In this document: one piece after another, positions 7,610 through 17,500 of the stretch
How positions within the stretch are numbered: the first letter of the stretch is position 1
How the letters are laid out: every line of letters begins with the position of its first letter
Assembly (NCBI RefSeq): GCF_001458695.1
Contig: NZ_LN885086.1
Coordinates: 960,001 to 992,000 of the forward strand
Source of the DNA: Candidatus Nitrospira inopinata
Lineage (GTDB): Bacteria > Nitrospirota > Nitrospiria > Nitrospirales > Nitrospiraceae
DNA: 32,000 nucleotides
Direction of reading: 5' to 3'
The notes under the pieces: model-generated
Database searches by the model: none
Seen by the model: only the letters and a program-made list of their open reading frames with translations
What the model was told of the DNA's origin: nothing
Position numbers and translations under genes: made by a program

Positions 7610-10495
7610 TTACAGTTGATAACTCTCCATCGGCGGGCAGGTGCAGACGAGGTGGCGGTCGCCGTAGGCTTCGTCGATCCGGCTCACACTCGGCCAAAAT
7701 TTGGCCTGGACGACCCAGGGGGCGGGAAACGCCGCCTGCTCGCGACTGTAAGGACGATTCCACTCCGTGGCCGCGACGGCGGTCGCCGTGTGGGGCGCGT
7801 TTTTCAACAGATTGTTCATGCGCGGCTGGCGGCCCTCGGCGATCTCTTGGATTTCGGAGCGGATGCGAATCAGCGCGTCGCAAAATCGATCGAGCTCGGC
7901 CTTCGACTCGCTTTCCGTCGGCTCGATCATGAGGGTGCCGGGCACGGGAAAAGACACCGTGGGGGCGTGAAATCCATAGTCCATGAGCCGTTTGGCTACA
8001 TCCATCGCCTCGATACCGGCGCTTTCTTTGAACTCGCGCAGGTCCAGAATGAACTCATGCGCGACCAACCCGGCGTCTCCGGCGTACAGGACCGAAAAGT
8101 GTTTCTCCAGCCGCTTCGCCATGTAGTTGGCGTTCAGGATGGCCACCTTGGTGGCGTTGGTCAGCCCTTCTCGTCCCATTAAGGCGATGTACGTCCAGGA
8201 GATCGGAAGGATGCCGGCGCTCCCGTAGGGCGCGGCGGCAATCGGACCGATGGCGTCGGCCCCCCCCACCTTGACGAGCGGATGACCGGGCAGGAAAGGG
8301 ACCAGGTGCGCCGCCGCGCCGATGGGTCCCACGCCGGGGCCGCCGCCGCCGTGCGGAATGCAAAACGTCTTGTGAAGGTTCAGATGGCAGATGTCCGCGC
8401 CGATGTCGCCGGGCCGACACAGACCCACCATGGCGTTCATGTTGGCGCCGTCCATATAGACCTGACCGCCGTGCGTGTGAATGATCTGGCAGATACGGCG
8501 CACGCCGGCCTCGAAGACCCCGTGGGTCGAGGGATAGGTGAGCATCACCGCCGCCAACCGGTCCCGGTGTTGGGCGGCTTTGGCTTCCAGGTCGTCGATG
8601 TTGATATTGCCTTGGCGATCGCAGGCGACCGGCACGACCGTCATACCGGCCATTGCGGCGCTGGCGGGGTTGGTGCCGTGGGCCGAGACCGGAATCAGGC
8701 AGATGTTCCGGTGCCCTTCACCCCTGGACCGGTGGTAGGCGCGAATCACCATCAAGCCCGCGTATTCTCCCTGAGAGCCCGCGTTCGGCTGAACGGAAAA
8801 GGCCGCGAAACCGGAGATCTCCGCAAGCCAACCGGTGAGCTGGTGAATGAGTTCCTGATAACCCCGCGTCTGTTCTTCCGGCGCAAACGGATGAAGTCCG
8901 GCGAACTCCGGCCAGGTGATGGGCAGCATCTCGGTAGTGGCATTCAGCTTCATCGTGCAGGAACCCAACGGGATCATGGAATGCACGAGCGACAGGTCCT
9001 TGGCCTGCAGGCGATGGAGATACCGGAGCATCTCATGTTCGGAGTGGTAACGGTGGAAGACCTCGTGGGAGAGATAGGTGCTGGTCCTGGCGAGGGACGG
9101 CGGATAGGCCGGCTCGACGGCGGGAATCAGATCCGCCGGCGCGAAGGGCAGCCGCTCGCTCACGGAGAAAATTTCCCAGAGGCGGACGACTTCCTCTGTT
9201 GAACTGACTTCATCGAGCGACAGGCCGAGGGAATCGTCGTCGTACCGACGCAGATTGATCCCGCGTCCGCAGGCCCGATTGACGATCTGGTCGGCCTGCG
9301 CGCCCGTAAGGGGAACGCGGATCGTATCGAAAAACAGATCGGGCCGCACGTCGAACCCGAGCCGCCGCAGCCCCTCCGCCAGCAGCAGCGTGAGCCCGTG
9401 CACGCGCTCGGCGATGCGCCGCAGGCCGTCGGGCCCGTGGTACACCGCGTACATGGCCGCCATGATGGCCAGCAGGACTTGCGCCGTGCAGATGTTGCTG
9501 GTGGCCCTCTCTCGTCGAATGTGTTGCTCTCTCGTTTGGAGAGCGAGCCGGAAGGCCGGTTTCCCCGTCGCGTCCTTGGAGACGCCGACGAGGCGGCCGG
9601 GAATCTGCCGCTTGTGCTCTTCCTTCGTCGATAAAAACGCGGCGTGCGGTCCTCCGAATCCCATGGGCACGCCGAATCGTTGCGTCGAACCCACGGCGAT
9701 GTCGGCGCCGAATTCTCCGGGGGGCTTGAGCAGCGTCAAGGCCAGCAGATCCGTGGCGACCACGACGAGAGCTCCGGCCTCATGGGCTTTGGCGACGATG
9801 TCGCTGAAATCTCCCACATACCCGTCCGTCGCGGGGTATTGCAACAAGAGACCGCACAATCGACCGCCGTGCTCGATCGCCGTCGTGACGCCGGTTCGGA
9901 TGGTGATCCCGAGCGGCTCGGCTCTGGTTTGCAAGACCGCGATCGTTTGGGGATGGCAATCGCGTGACACGAAGAACTCCGATCGTTCTTCGCCTTTGGC
10001 TCGGGCGATCGCCAAACACATCGCCATCGCTTCCGCCGCCGCCGTGGCTTCGTCCAAGAGCGACGCATTCGCAACCGGCAAGCCGGTCAAGTCCGCGACC
10101 ATGGTTTGAAAAATCACCAGGGCCTCCAGGCGCCCCTGCGAAATCTCGGCTTGATAGGGGGTGTACTGGGTGTACCAGGCGGGATTTTCCAAAATGTTCC
10201 GTTGGATCACTCCGGGAGTCACACAGTCGTAGTAGCCCATGCCGATCAAGGAACGGGCCACGACGTTCTTGGACGCGACCTCTCTCAACCGAGCCAGTAT
10301 CGCCCGTTCGCCCCGATGAAGGGGAAGAGAAAGGGGTCGGCGAATCCGAATGTCTTCGGGAACCGTCGCGTCGGCGAGCGCGTCGAGCGAGTGGAAGCCC
10401 AGCGTCGCCAGCATTTCTTGGATATCCGCGTCCGTGAGCCCAAGGTGACGATGAACAAAAGAATCGGTCGGCTCAAGAAGGTTCGGCTCGGCCAT
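7610..10495 (-). CDS. gcvP: glycine dehydrogenase (decarboxylating), glycine cleavage system P protein, single-chain form (961 aa)
   Basis: Full-length ~960-aa ORF with the hallmark PLP-lysine region '[24 protein letters not shown]' and a typical N-terminus ('[28 protein letters not shown]'). Confidence 0.95.
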   Translation of the reverse strand: MAEPNLLEPTDSFVHRHLGLTDADIQEMLATLGFHSLDALADATVPEDIRIRRPLSLPLHRGERAILARLREVASKNVVARSLIGMGYYDCVTPGVIQRNILENPAWYTQYTPYQAEISQGRLEALVIFQTMVADLTGLPVANASLLDEATAAAEAMAMCLAIARAKGEERSEFFVSRDCHPQTIAVLQTRAEPLGITIRTGVTTAIEHGGRLCGLLLQYPATDGYVGDFSDIVAKAHEAGALVVVATDLLALTLLKPPGEFGADIAVGSTQRFGVPMGFGGPHAAFLSTKEEHKRQIPGRLVGVSKDATGKPAFRLALQTREQHIRRERATSNICTAQVLLAIMAAMYAVYHGPDGLRRIAERVHGLTLLLAEGLRRLGFDVRPDLFFDTIRVPLTGAQADQIVNRACGRGINLRRYDDDSLGLSLDEVSSTEEVVRLWEIFSVSERLPFAPADLIPAVEPAYPPSLARTSTYLSHEVFHRYHSEHEMLRYLHRLQAKDLSLVHSMIPLGSCTMKLNATTEMLPITWPEFAGLHPFAPEEQTRGYQELIHQLTGWLAEISGFAAFSVQPNAGSQGEYAGLMVIRAYHRSRGEGHRNICLIPVSAHGTNPASAAMAGMTVVPVACDRQGNINIDDLEAKAAQHRDRLAAVMLTYPSTHGVFEAGVRRICQIIHTHGGQVYMDGANMNAMVGLCRPGDIGADICHLNLHKTFCIPHGGGGPGVGPIGAAAHLVPFLPGHPLVKVGGADAIGPIAAAPYGSAGILPISWTYIALMGREGLTNATKVAILNANYMAKRLEKHFSVLYAGDAGLVAHEFILDLREFKESAGIEAMDVAKRLMDYGFHAPTVSFPVPGTLMIEPTESESKAELDRFCDALIRIRSEIQEIAEGRQPRMNNLLKNAPHTATAVAATEWNRPYSREQAAFPAPWVVQAKFWPSVSRIDEAYGDRHLVCTCPPMESYQL

Positions 10496-10749
10496 GAGAA
10501 GAGTTACCTTTTGTGTTCGGACGATTGGTCAGGCGGAAAGGACGATCGAATCATACGAAACGAAAGGGTATCACGGCATCCGCCCGTTTCCAAGACACAA
10601 AAAAACGAGCGGAGGAGGCGACGGGCGGACGTGGTCGGTCTCTTGACTTTGAGGGCGATCCCGCCAATGATGCGACGGGCTCTCGCTCGGAGAGCGGGGA
10701 AACGCGGAGTATTGAGCGGACGGGCGCCGACCCACCCGTCTTTTGTCGT

Positions 10750-11418
10750 ATGGCCGAACCGCATACAAATCCGATGGCATCGCGAAAAGACGGGACGCCG
10801 ACGACCGAACAACGGGGCTCCGCCGGCGGAGCCAAAACGGGCGTGATCGCGATCGGCCTCGGCGTGCTCGTGGCCGTCGCGGTCGGCGTCGGCGTGGCTC
10901 CGCGACTCCTGGACTTTGTGAGGGGGCCGTCTTCCTCGTCTAAAACTGTTTCTTCTTCGTTCTCCTTGTCCCAACCGGCGCCGCCTCCGCCCGTCAAGCC
11001 GGAGACTCCGTTGACCACGGAGTCCATCGAGGCCCTGCTTGCGGACCTTGATCAAGCCGTCAAGCGAAAAGACGTCGAGGGAATCCTGCGGCGCATCGCG
11101 CCCGACGCGGTCATCTTGATTCGCATGAAGCAAGGGGCTCATCACCAGACCGCGCTGCTCTCGCGCGAGGATTATCGTAAAACGCTGGCCGCGGAGTTCG
11201 CCTTTCTCAGCGCGGACGACTTCGTTCGCGCGAACACGAAGGTGTCGTTGGCGCCGGACGAGCGGAGCGCGAAGATCTCCTTCAAGACCACGGAAACGCT
11301 CCGACAAGCCGAGCGGGAATTCACGGTCGAGGGCGAGCACACTCTCCTGGTCACCATGCGCGGCGACAAGCCGACGATCGTCTCGCTTGAACGGGACGTT
11401 CCCGGCGACTCAACCTGA
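10750..11418 (+). CDS. membrane-anchored hypothetical protein with NTF2/SnoaL-like (DUF4440-like) C-terminal domain (222 aa)
   Basis: ATG 10750 (MAEPHTNP...) inside ORF 10513-11418. It has one TM helix (GVIAIGLGVLVAVAVGVGVA), a Ser/Pro linker, then about 120 aa with the NTF2-like pattern (IEALLADLDQAVKRKDVEGILRRIAPDAVI...). The domain call is by eye only. Confidence 0.55.
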   Translation: MAEPHTNPMASRKDGTPTTEQRGSAGGAKTGVIAIGLGVLVAVAVGVGVAPRLLDFVRGPSSSSKTVSSSFSLSQPAPPPPVKPETPLTTESIEALLADLDQAVKRKDVEGILRRIAPDAVILIRMKQGAHHQTALLSREDYRKTLAAEFAFLSADDFVRANTKVSLAPDERSAKISFKTTETLRQAEREFTVEGEHTLLVTMRGDKPTIVSLERDVPGDST

Positions 11419-11537
11419 CGCGTCTTTTCCCGCGCGCGACGGCGCCCGATCCGGAAACGCGCTGAAGCGCGGGCGGCCCGTCCGTCGCGAACAAGATTCG
11501 CGCACGGCGGTTTGGTATAATCACGCCTTGTCCCGGG

Positions 11538-12215
11538 ATGTCCATGCGAGTCCTCGTCATCGAAGATGAAACCAAGGTCGGGTGTTTTATCAAGCGGGCG
11601 CTCGAAGAAGAAAGTTATGCCGTCGATCTGTGCGAAGACGGAGCCAAGGGACTCGAGATGGCGCTGGCGACGGACTACGACCTGTTGGTCGTGGACTTGA
11701 TGCTGCCGTCGGTGTCCGGCATGGACATTCTCAAGACCATTCGACGCCAACGCATCCACACGCCGGTCTTGATTCTCTCGGCCCAATCCCAAGTCGATCA
11801 GCGGGTCAAGGGACTCGACGCCGGCGCGGACGACTATCTCACCAAGCCCTTCGCCATCGATGAACTGCTGGCGCGCGTTCGCGCGTTGCTCCGCCGCGGG
11901 GCGACGGAAAGCCAGGGCATCCTCCAGGTCGATGACTTGGTCTTGAATCCGGCCACCCGCGAGGTCACCCGCGGAGGACAGCGAATCGAGCTGACATTGA
12001 AGGAATACGCGCTGCTCGAATACCTCATGCGGCATACCGGGCGGGTGTTGACCAGACCCATGATCTCCGAACACGTCTGGAATCAGGACTTCGATACGTT
12101 CACCAACGTCATCGACGTCTACGTGAACTATCTGCGCAACAAGATCGATCGGGGCCGCGCCAAGAAATTGATCCACACCGTCCGGGGCAGCGGCTACATG
12201 CTGAAGGCCGACTGA
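11538..12215 (+). CDS. OmpR-family response regulator, heavy-metal (CusR/CopR)-like (225 aa)
   Basis: Receiver domain 'RVLVIEDE', 'DLLVVDLMLP', 'GADDYLTKPF' plus a winged-helix output 'LTLKEYALLEYLM...TNVIDVYVNYLRNKID...IHTVRGSGYML'. The overall pattern matches the CusR/CopR subfamily. Confidence 0.88.
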   Translation: MSMRVLVIEDETKVGCFIKRALEEESYAVDLCEDGAKGLEMALATDYDLLVVDLMLPSVSGMDILKTIRRQRIHTPVLILSAQSQVDQRVKGLDAGADDYLTKPFAIDELLARVRALLRRGATESQGILQVDDLVLNPATREVTRGGQRIELTLKEYALLEYLMRHTGRVLTRPMISEHVWNQDFDTFTNVIDVYVNYLRNKIDRGRAKKLIHTVRGSGYMLKAD

Positions 12216-12290
12216 CGAACATCTCATCGCGGGAACGATGATGGCGGCCCCTGGAACGATTGCCAAACGCCTCCGCTCGGGAGCGACCTG

Positions 12291-13694
12291 ATGCCGCTGC
12301 GGCTGCGCCTCACCCTGTGGTACGGCAGCGCCCTTGCCTTGGTCCTGCTCATCTTCTCCGTCGTGCTGTACGCCGTCATGGCCCGCAATCTCCGCGACGC
12401 CGTCGATCAATCGCTGGAGGAGACGGCAATGACGGCCGTGCGTTCGCTGGAAGAACGCGGATTTCTTCCGTTGCTCGACGAGGAAGAGCTGCTGTCCCAG
12501 TTTCCCGAGTTGGCCCGGATCGACAAGTTCTTTCAAATCTTCAGCCCCTCCGGCACGATCACGATTCGCTCGCCCAACATCAAGCAGCATGACCTGCCGT
12601 TGAGCCGGATCGCCCTCGAAACCACCTTCAACGGACGGAAGATCTTCGAGACGGCCAAGTACCCCAATGAACCGCAATTGCGCTTGATCTCGGTACCGAT
12701 CAACTACCGGGGCCGGTTGCTGTACATCGTGCAGGTCGGCACGTCGATGGAATCGATCGAGAACACGCTGGAGCATTTTCTCATCGTGCTGATCGTGGCC
12801 GTGCCGGTCGCCTTGGCCGTGTCGTTGGGAGCCGGATGGTTCCTGGCCGGGCGGGCCCTGCTCCCGGTCGACGACATCACGCTGGCCGCGCAGCGGATTG
12901 CGGAGGGCGATCTGAGCCAACGCCTGACGATGCCGCCCGCCAAGGACGAAATCGGACGCCTCGCCGAGATCTTCAACGACATGATCGGACGACTGGACGC
13001 CTCGTTCCGGCAGATCCGTCAGTTCACCAGCGACGCGTCGCACGAGTTGCGCACCCCGCTCACGGTGATGAAGGGCGAAACGGAACTGGTGCTGCGGAAG
13101 CCCCGTTCCGTTGAGGACTATCGGTCGGTGCTCGAGAGCAACCTCGAAGAGATCGACCGCATGACCGACATCGTGGATGAATTGCTGTTTCTCTCACGGG
13201 CGGACATGGGCGAGGTCAAAATGGAATGCAAGCCGGTCGCCCTCGAATCCCTGGTCGAAGACATCCACCGCCAGGCCACGCTGCTCGGGCAGGACCGGCA
13301 GATCGAAGTCGTGTTGGGAACGGTCATGCCGGCCGTCGTGCAGGGCGATGAATTGCGGCTGCGCGAGCTATTGCTCAATTTGGTCGAAAACGCCGTGAAG
13401 TACTCGCATCCGAACGGGAAGGTCGAGATCAGTGTGGTGACGGACGGCCGACACGCGATTTTGTCGGTGTCCGATCAGGGCATCGGGATTCCAACGGAGG
13501 ACCTCCCGAAAATCTTCAATCGCTTCTATCGGACCGACAATGCCAGGACCCACACCAAGAAAGGGACTGGTTTGGGACTGGCCATCTGCGCCTGGATCGC
13601 CGAGTCGCACAAGGGGCGGATCGACGTGCAGAGCCATGTGGGGCGAGGCTCCACCTTCACGGTCACGCTTCCGCTGGCCAGGGCCTCGGCTTAG
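12291..13694 (+). CDS. sensor histidine kinase, heavy-metal sensor (CusS/CopS)-like (467 aa)
   Basis: N-terminus 'LRLRLTLWYGSALALVLLIF', then a periplasmic loop, a second TM and a HAMP domain. H-box is 'SDASHELRTPLT', N-box 'LLLNLVENAVKYS', G-boxes 'DQGIGI' and 'GTGLGLAI'. It lies 75 nt downstream of the response regulator. Confidence 0.88.
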   Translation: MPLRLRLTLWYGSALALVLLIFSVVLYAVMARNLRDAVDQSLEETAMTAVRSLEERGFLPLLDEEELLSQFPELARIDKFFQIFSPSGTITIRSPNIKQHDLPLSRIALETTFNGRKIFETAKYPNEPQLRLISVPINYRGRLLYIVQVGTSMESIENTLEHFLIVLIVAVPVALAVSLGAGWFLAGRALLPVDDITLAAQRIAEGDLSQRLTMPPAKDEIGRLAEIFNDMIGRLDASFRQIRQFTSDASHELRTPLTVMKGETELVLRKPRSVEDYRSVLESNLEEIDRMTDIVDELLFLSRADMGEVKMECKPVALESLVEDIHRQATLLGQDRQIEVVLGTVMPAVVQGDELRLRELLLNLVENAVKYSHPNGKVEISVVTDGRHAILSVSDQGIGIPTEDLPKIFNRFYRTDNARTHTKKGTGLGLAICAWIAESHKGRIDVQSHVGRGSTFTVTLPLARASA

Positions 13695-13833
13695 CCGCTT
13701 CTAATATCAACTTAATCGCCTTCTCATAGCCGGTTGTTACGCTCTCTCGCAAGTGGAAAGAGAGGCTGCGCGGCTCCCTGTCGAGTGCAAGCTCGCAACG
13801 CCGGCAGGCAACCAGTGATGGAAAGGAGGACCT

Positions 13834-15354
13834 ATGTCAACGCAGAGATATCGCATGGTGGGGTTCGTGCTCGGTCTCGGACTGCTGAGCACGCTCCTCT
13901 TTTTAGCGGGCAACCATTCCCTCCCGCTCTCGCACGCGTCAAATCCCGGTTCGGCCGGCTCGGTTGGGGGAGCGACGACCGTGCCGGCGGCCGTCCAAGC
14001 TCCGGCTGCCGGCTTTACCGACGTGGCCCAGCGGGTGACTCCGGCGGTCGTCAACATCGTCACCGTCATGACGGAGAAGATTGCGGACGGCGCAGCCTCG
14101 CCGGACGGGCTGCGCGATCGTATGGATGAATTTTTCGGCCAACCCTTCGGTCCGCGCCGCGGGCCGCAGGGGCCCGGCTTCCCGAATCCGTGGGAGCCTC
14201 CCGGCCCGCGAGGCGGTCAAGGGTCCGGGGTCATCATTTCGTCGGACGGCTACATCCTGACCAACCATCACGTGATCGACCGCGCACGCGAAGTGACCGT
14301 CACGCTGCCCGATAAGCGCGAGTTCAAGGGCCGGATCGTCGGCACCGACCCCAAAACCGATCTCGCGGTGGTCAAGATCGACGCGCAGAACCTGCCCACG
14401 ATTCCCTGGGGCGACGCCGCCAAACTGCAGGTCGGCGAATACGTTTTGGCGGTCGGCAACCCCTTCGGCTTGAACTCGACCGTGACGCTCGGCATCGTGA
14501 GCGCCGTCGGGCGCGGACACATGGGCATCACGCAGTATGAGGACTTTATCCAGACGGACGCCGCGATCAATCCGGGCAATTCCGGCGGCGCCCTGGTGAA
14601 CACTCGCGGCGAACTCGTCGGCATCAACACCGCGATCTTCTCGCAGAGCGGCGGGTACCAAGGCGTGGGCTTCGCCGTCTCGACGACGATGGCCAAACCG
14701 GTTTATGAAAGTCTGGTCAAAACCGGCACGGTCGTCCGCGGGTATCTTGGAGTCGGCATCCAGGACCTGAATCAAGACCTGGCCAAGTCGTTCCGCCTCA
14801 CAGACTCCAGGGGCGCGCTGGTGAACGAGGTGAAAGAGGGGAGCCCGGCGGACCAAGCCGGTCTCAAACAGGGCGACGTCATCCTTGAATATCAAGGGAT
14901 GCCGGTGGAGGACGCGGTCGTGTTGCAGCGTCTGGTCACTCGCACGCCGGTGGGGGCCAAGGCGCCGGTGAAGATCTTCCGGGACGGCCGTGAGCGGGAA
15001 CTGACCATCACGATCGGAGAACAACCGGACCACACGAAGGTCGCCCGAGTGGAAACCGCGGAACGAGACGTCGCCTTTGCGGGCGCGGCCGTGCAGGACC
15101 TCGATCGGGAGACGGCCAGGGAACTGGGGCTCACCGGAAAGACGCAGGGCGTCGTGGTGACCGACGTCGAGCCGGACAGCGGCGCCCAAAAGGCGGGGCT
15201 TCTGCCGGGCGACGTCATCAAGGAGATCAACCGGCGGCCGGTCCGGTCGGTCAAGGATTTCGAAAAGCTCTCCTCGGAAGTGAAAAAGGGGGAGAACGTG
15301 CTCATCCTGATCACCAGGCGCGGCGCGTCCCTCTTTCTCTCGGCCAAAGTCTGA
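13834..15354 (+). CDS. periplasmic serine endoprotease DegP/DegQ/HtrA family with two PDZ domains (506 aa)
   Basis: SD AGGAGG lies 5-6 nt upstream of the ATG, and a signal peptide is present. The catalytic triad context is 'ILTNHHVI', 'DLAVVKI', 'GNSGGALVN'. Two PDZ-like segments are present (SPADQAGLKQGDVILEY; SGAQKAGLLPGDVIKEIN). Confidence 0.92.
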   Translation: MSTQRYRMVGFVLGLGLLSTLLFLAGNHSLPLSHASNPGSAGSVGGATTVPAAVQAPAAGFTDVAQRVTPAVVNIVTVMTEKIADGAASPDGLRDRMDEFFGQPFGPRRGPQGPGFPNPWEPPGPRGGQGSGVIISSDGYILTNHHVIDRAREVTVTLPDKREFKGRIVGTDPKTDLAVVKIDAQNLPTIPWGDAAKLQVGEYVLAVGNPFGLNSTVTLGIVSAVGRGHMGITQYEDFIQTDAAINPGNSGGALVNTRGELVGINTAIFSQSGGYQGVGFAVSTTMAKPVYESLVKTGTVVRGYLGVGIQDLNQDLAKSFRLTDSRGALVNEVKEGSPADQAGLKQGDVILEYQGMPVEDAVVLQRLVTRTPVGAKAPVKIFRDGRERELTITIGEQPDHTKVARVETAERDVAFAGAAVQDLDRETARELGLTGKTQGVVVTDVEPDSGAQKAGLLPGDVIKEINRRPVRSVKDFEKLSSEVKKGENVLILITRRGASLFLSAKV

Positions 15355-15369
15355 GCGCCGACGACATCA

Positions 15370-15395
15370 GGGCGCGGGCCGTTCGGCCCGCGCCC
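15370..15395. terminator. GC-rich hairpin between convergent genes (putative bidirectional terminator)
   Basis: Perfect 11-bp inverted repeat GGGCGCGGGCC-GTTC-GGCCCGCGCCC in the 73-nt gap between the DegP-like gene (+) and cas6 (-). Only a weak T tract follows. Confidence 0.55.
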
Positions 15396-15427
15396 TCGTT
15401 CCCGCCTCCCAAGAACCGCAACCGACA

Positions 15428-16438
15428 CTAAGATGACCAGCCCACGTCGTGGAGCCGATACCGGCCGAGGCCGAAACTCGTGCCTTTGCCGGCGTGGGCG
15501 ACCTCGCCCAGACGAAGCAGCGGCAGAAACGGAGCCAGCGGTCCCTCGAAAACGACGGTGCCGGTCACGCCTCCCAATTCCATTTCCGTCCGTTGACGGG
15601 AAGAATACCGGGTCCAATCCGACCAGGTCAGCGACGAAGACACGGTCCGCACCTCCTGGGCCAGCGCAATCCAGTCACGGAAGGCGACGATCGAGGGATC
15701 GCCGCCGCAGTGGAAATACGAGAGATGCGCGAGGCGTCGTAGGAGCGATCGGATGAGCACGTGAAAATCCAGCCTGGCGGCGAGGTGCTCCCGGTACCGA
15801 ATGCGCAGAGGAGAGAGAATTTCGATTGCGACCCGTTGCGAGAGAGCCGGCTCACCGGCCTCCGGAGGAACGCGCGGCAGGATTCTTCGTTCGGTGAAGG
15901 CCTCGACGCCCCGCAACGTTCGCTCGTCGGCGCCATACACAGGGTGCCGATGACCGTCCAGCCGGCCATCCACCGTGACGAGCGACGCCGTCGTCCGCCG
16001 ACCTCCCAGACCGGCGCGTCCCATCCGTTCCAACGCAAAAATGAAGTGGGGAAGCCACGCTACCGTTCTCCCGAACAGGGTCAGCCCGAGTTCAACGGTC
16101 TGCCCGGCCCCGATGGTTCGCCCGCCCTCCGGCGGGATCAACACGAAGGGGTGAGGCGCCGCCGGATATTTGCGCATGATCTTCGCGTCCGCGGGAGGCG
16201 GCGTCTCAAACACCCACGGATACACGCACCGGTCGCGCAAGGCACAGGGGGGACAGTCGTGAGCGCGCGTGACACAGACCGCCTGCATCAACGCCCAGCC
16301 GAAGGAGCCGCGGAACAGGGACCCGGCATAGACAGGGAGCGCAAGCGGGCCGTCGAGTCGAAAGGTCGCGGTGAAACGGCCGAATGAAAGGGGCAAGCCC
16401 GTCGCATGACCGTGGTCACGGGGACAGGAATCGATCAC
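15428..16438 (-). CDS. cas6: CRISPR-associated endoribonuclease Cas6 (RAMP) with Cys-rich N-terminal segment (336 aa)
   Basis: The C-terminal glycine-rich loop 'GEVAHAGKGTSFGLGRYRL' is typical of Cas6. The N-terminal 'CVTRAHDCPPCALRDRCVYPWVFE' is a pattern I associate with the PF10040/DUF2276-type Cas6. Start set at GTG 16438, which overlaps the cas2 stop (GTGA). The annotated ORF start at 16597 would overlap cas2 by 160 nt with Arg-rich sequence. Confidence 0.72.
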   Translation of the reverse strand: MIDSCPRDHGHATGLPLSFGRFTATFRLDGPLALPVYAGSLFRGSFGWALMQAVCVTRAHDCPPCALRDRCVYPWVFETPPPADAKIMRKYPAAPHPFVLIPPEGGRTIGAGQTVELGLTLFGRTVAWLPHFIFALERMGRAGLGGRRTTASLVTVDGRLDGHRHPVYGADERTLRGVEAFTERRILPRVPPEAGEPALSQRVAIEILSPLRIRYREHLAARLDFHVLIRSLLRRLAHLSYFHCGGDPSIVAFRDWIALAQEVRTVSSSLTWSDWTRYSSRQRTEMELGGVTGTVVFEGPLAPFLPLLRLGEVAHAGKGTSFGLGRYRLHDVGWSS

Positions 16439-16713
16439 GGCAGCATCACCATGGCGCCGTCCGGCGTCCGGTCTCCTGATCCGAGCGAGGCGATGGGTTG
16501 ATCGGACGGCAGCGGGTAAATTCTGACGTCGTCGGCCTTGGCGTCGATCAGCTCCGCCAAGCGTTCGATCGCGTCCGCTCGTTCGGGCCAGGTCCATGAA
16601 CAGAGAAAGACGGAATACTGCATCGGCACGCCCACCCCCTTGAGGTAGCGATGCACGCGGGCCAAGCGACCCTCGTCGGCAATGTCATAGCAAACCAGGT
16701 AGCGCGTTTGCAT
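16435..16713 (-). CDS. cas2: CRISPR-associated endonuclease Cas2 (92 aa)
   Basis: ATG 16713 gives 'MQTRYLVCYDIADEGRLARVHRYLKGVGVPMQYSVFLC...DDVRIYPL', the classic Cas2 ferredoxin-fold pattern (YDI.D..RL.kv...L......Q.SVF.c). It starts 10 nt after the upstream stop. Confidence 0.87.
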   Translation of the reverse strand: MQTRYLVCYDIADEGRLARVHRYLKGVGVPMQYSVFLCSWTWPERADAIERLAELIDAKADDVRIYPLPSDQPIASLGSGDRTPDGAMVMLP

Positions 16714-16723
16714 CAGAGAATCC

Positions 16724-17500
16724 TTATGGCTCCCGCAAGAGCTCCCCGTACTGATCAAGCAGCCGGCCGAGCAGGCGCACAAGACGGGATCGGTGCCGCT
16801 CGAAACTCTCGGCCACGTCGAGAGACAAGGCGGCGCCGGTTTGATCGGCAAGACGTCCCTGCTCCAGCCAAAGCCGGTCGGCATCCGCGCGGATCGCCAT
16901 CGCGCAATCCTTGACGAACCCCAACGACTCCCCGCGATGGATGACGCCGACGTGCGGGTCCCAGCCCGTTTCGGCGATCCGGTCCAGGATCAAGGTATCG
17001 ACGGCCGCGTGAAAGAGGCGACGTTGACGAAGAGCGGCGCCGCGTAGACGGCCGAGACGCTGGACCCATTGTTCATAATCCATGGTCCGCACGCCGTGTC
17101 GTCTCCAGCGAGCGGCAATCACGGCATCCAGGCCGGTCGCCAAGGCCAGCCGTCGCCCCCGTTCCCAGGCCCGTAACCAGCTTGAAACCCGTTCTTGCAC
17201 GGAGGGGTTCTCGATCATCCCGACCTGAAGCCCTCGGCGGGCAAAGAGGCCGGAAGCGCAACTCACGACCATCGCCATTGGTTGCCCGTTTCGACCGACC
17301 AGCGTGACCGGCACTCCCCGCTCGGCGAAGGCCGTCAGGCTCTCGGTGTCGAGCGCGACGTTCCCCGCAATGAGCACGCGCCGAATCAATCGCACCGGCA
17401 CTCGGCGACCGGCCGAGCCAGGCTGTTCGATCCAGAGTGACGGTCCGTCACGGCGGACGGACAGCCCGGGCCGTTCATTGAGAAAGAGAGTCCGATCCAT
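16724..17500 (-). CDS. Cas1-like paralogue, shortened and with eroded active site (258 aa)
   Basis: The N-terminus is collinear with the Cas1 beta-domain (MDRTLFLNERPGLSVRRDGPSLWIEQ...RVLIAGNVALDTESLTAFAERGVPVTLVGRNG). The C-half retains 'GWDPHVGVIHRGESLGFVKDCAMAIR', compared with canonical '[28 protein letters not shown]'. It lacks the '[14 protein letters not shown]' segment. It overlaps the cas1 stop by 26 nt. Confidence 0.65.
   Translation of the reverse strand: MDRTLFLNERPGLSVRRDGPSLWIEQPGSAGRRVPVRLIRRVLIAGNVALDTESLTAFAERGVPVTLVGRNGQPMAMVVSCASGLFARRGLQVGMIENPSVQERVSSWLRAWERGRRLALATGLDAVIAARWRRHGVRTMDYEQWVQRLGRLRGAALRQRRLFHAAVDTLILDRIAETGWDPHVGVIHRGESLGFVKDCAMAIRADADRLWLEQGRLADQTGAALSLDVAESFERHRSRLVRLLGRLLDQYGELLREP

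Noticed and set aside
10718-10746. A plus-strand hairpin GGACGGG-N10-CCCGTCT followed by TTTGT, just before ATG 10750.
   Set aside because: It has a short stem and a large loop. No upstream plus-strand gene exists for it to terminate. It may affect translation initiation of the downstream gene, but I cannot support a call.
10496-10749. A glycine riboswitch upstream of gcvP.
   Set aside because: The minus-strand leader lacks the conserved cores. A GGAGAG...GCGCCGA string does exist, but on the plus strand (10688-10730). That is the wrong strand for gcvP, and it does not continue into the AGGAGCAA core.
16439-16597. An N-terminal extension of the Cas6 ORF (annotated start 16597).
   Set aside because: It would overlap cas2 by about 160 nt and encodes Arg-rich sequence (MDLARTSGRDRTLGGADRRQGRRRQ...). 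GTG 16438 gives a GTGA overlap with the cas2 stop and a sensible Cas6 N-terminus.
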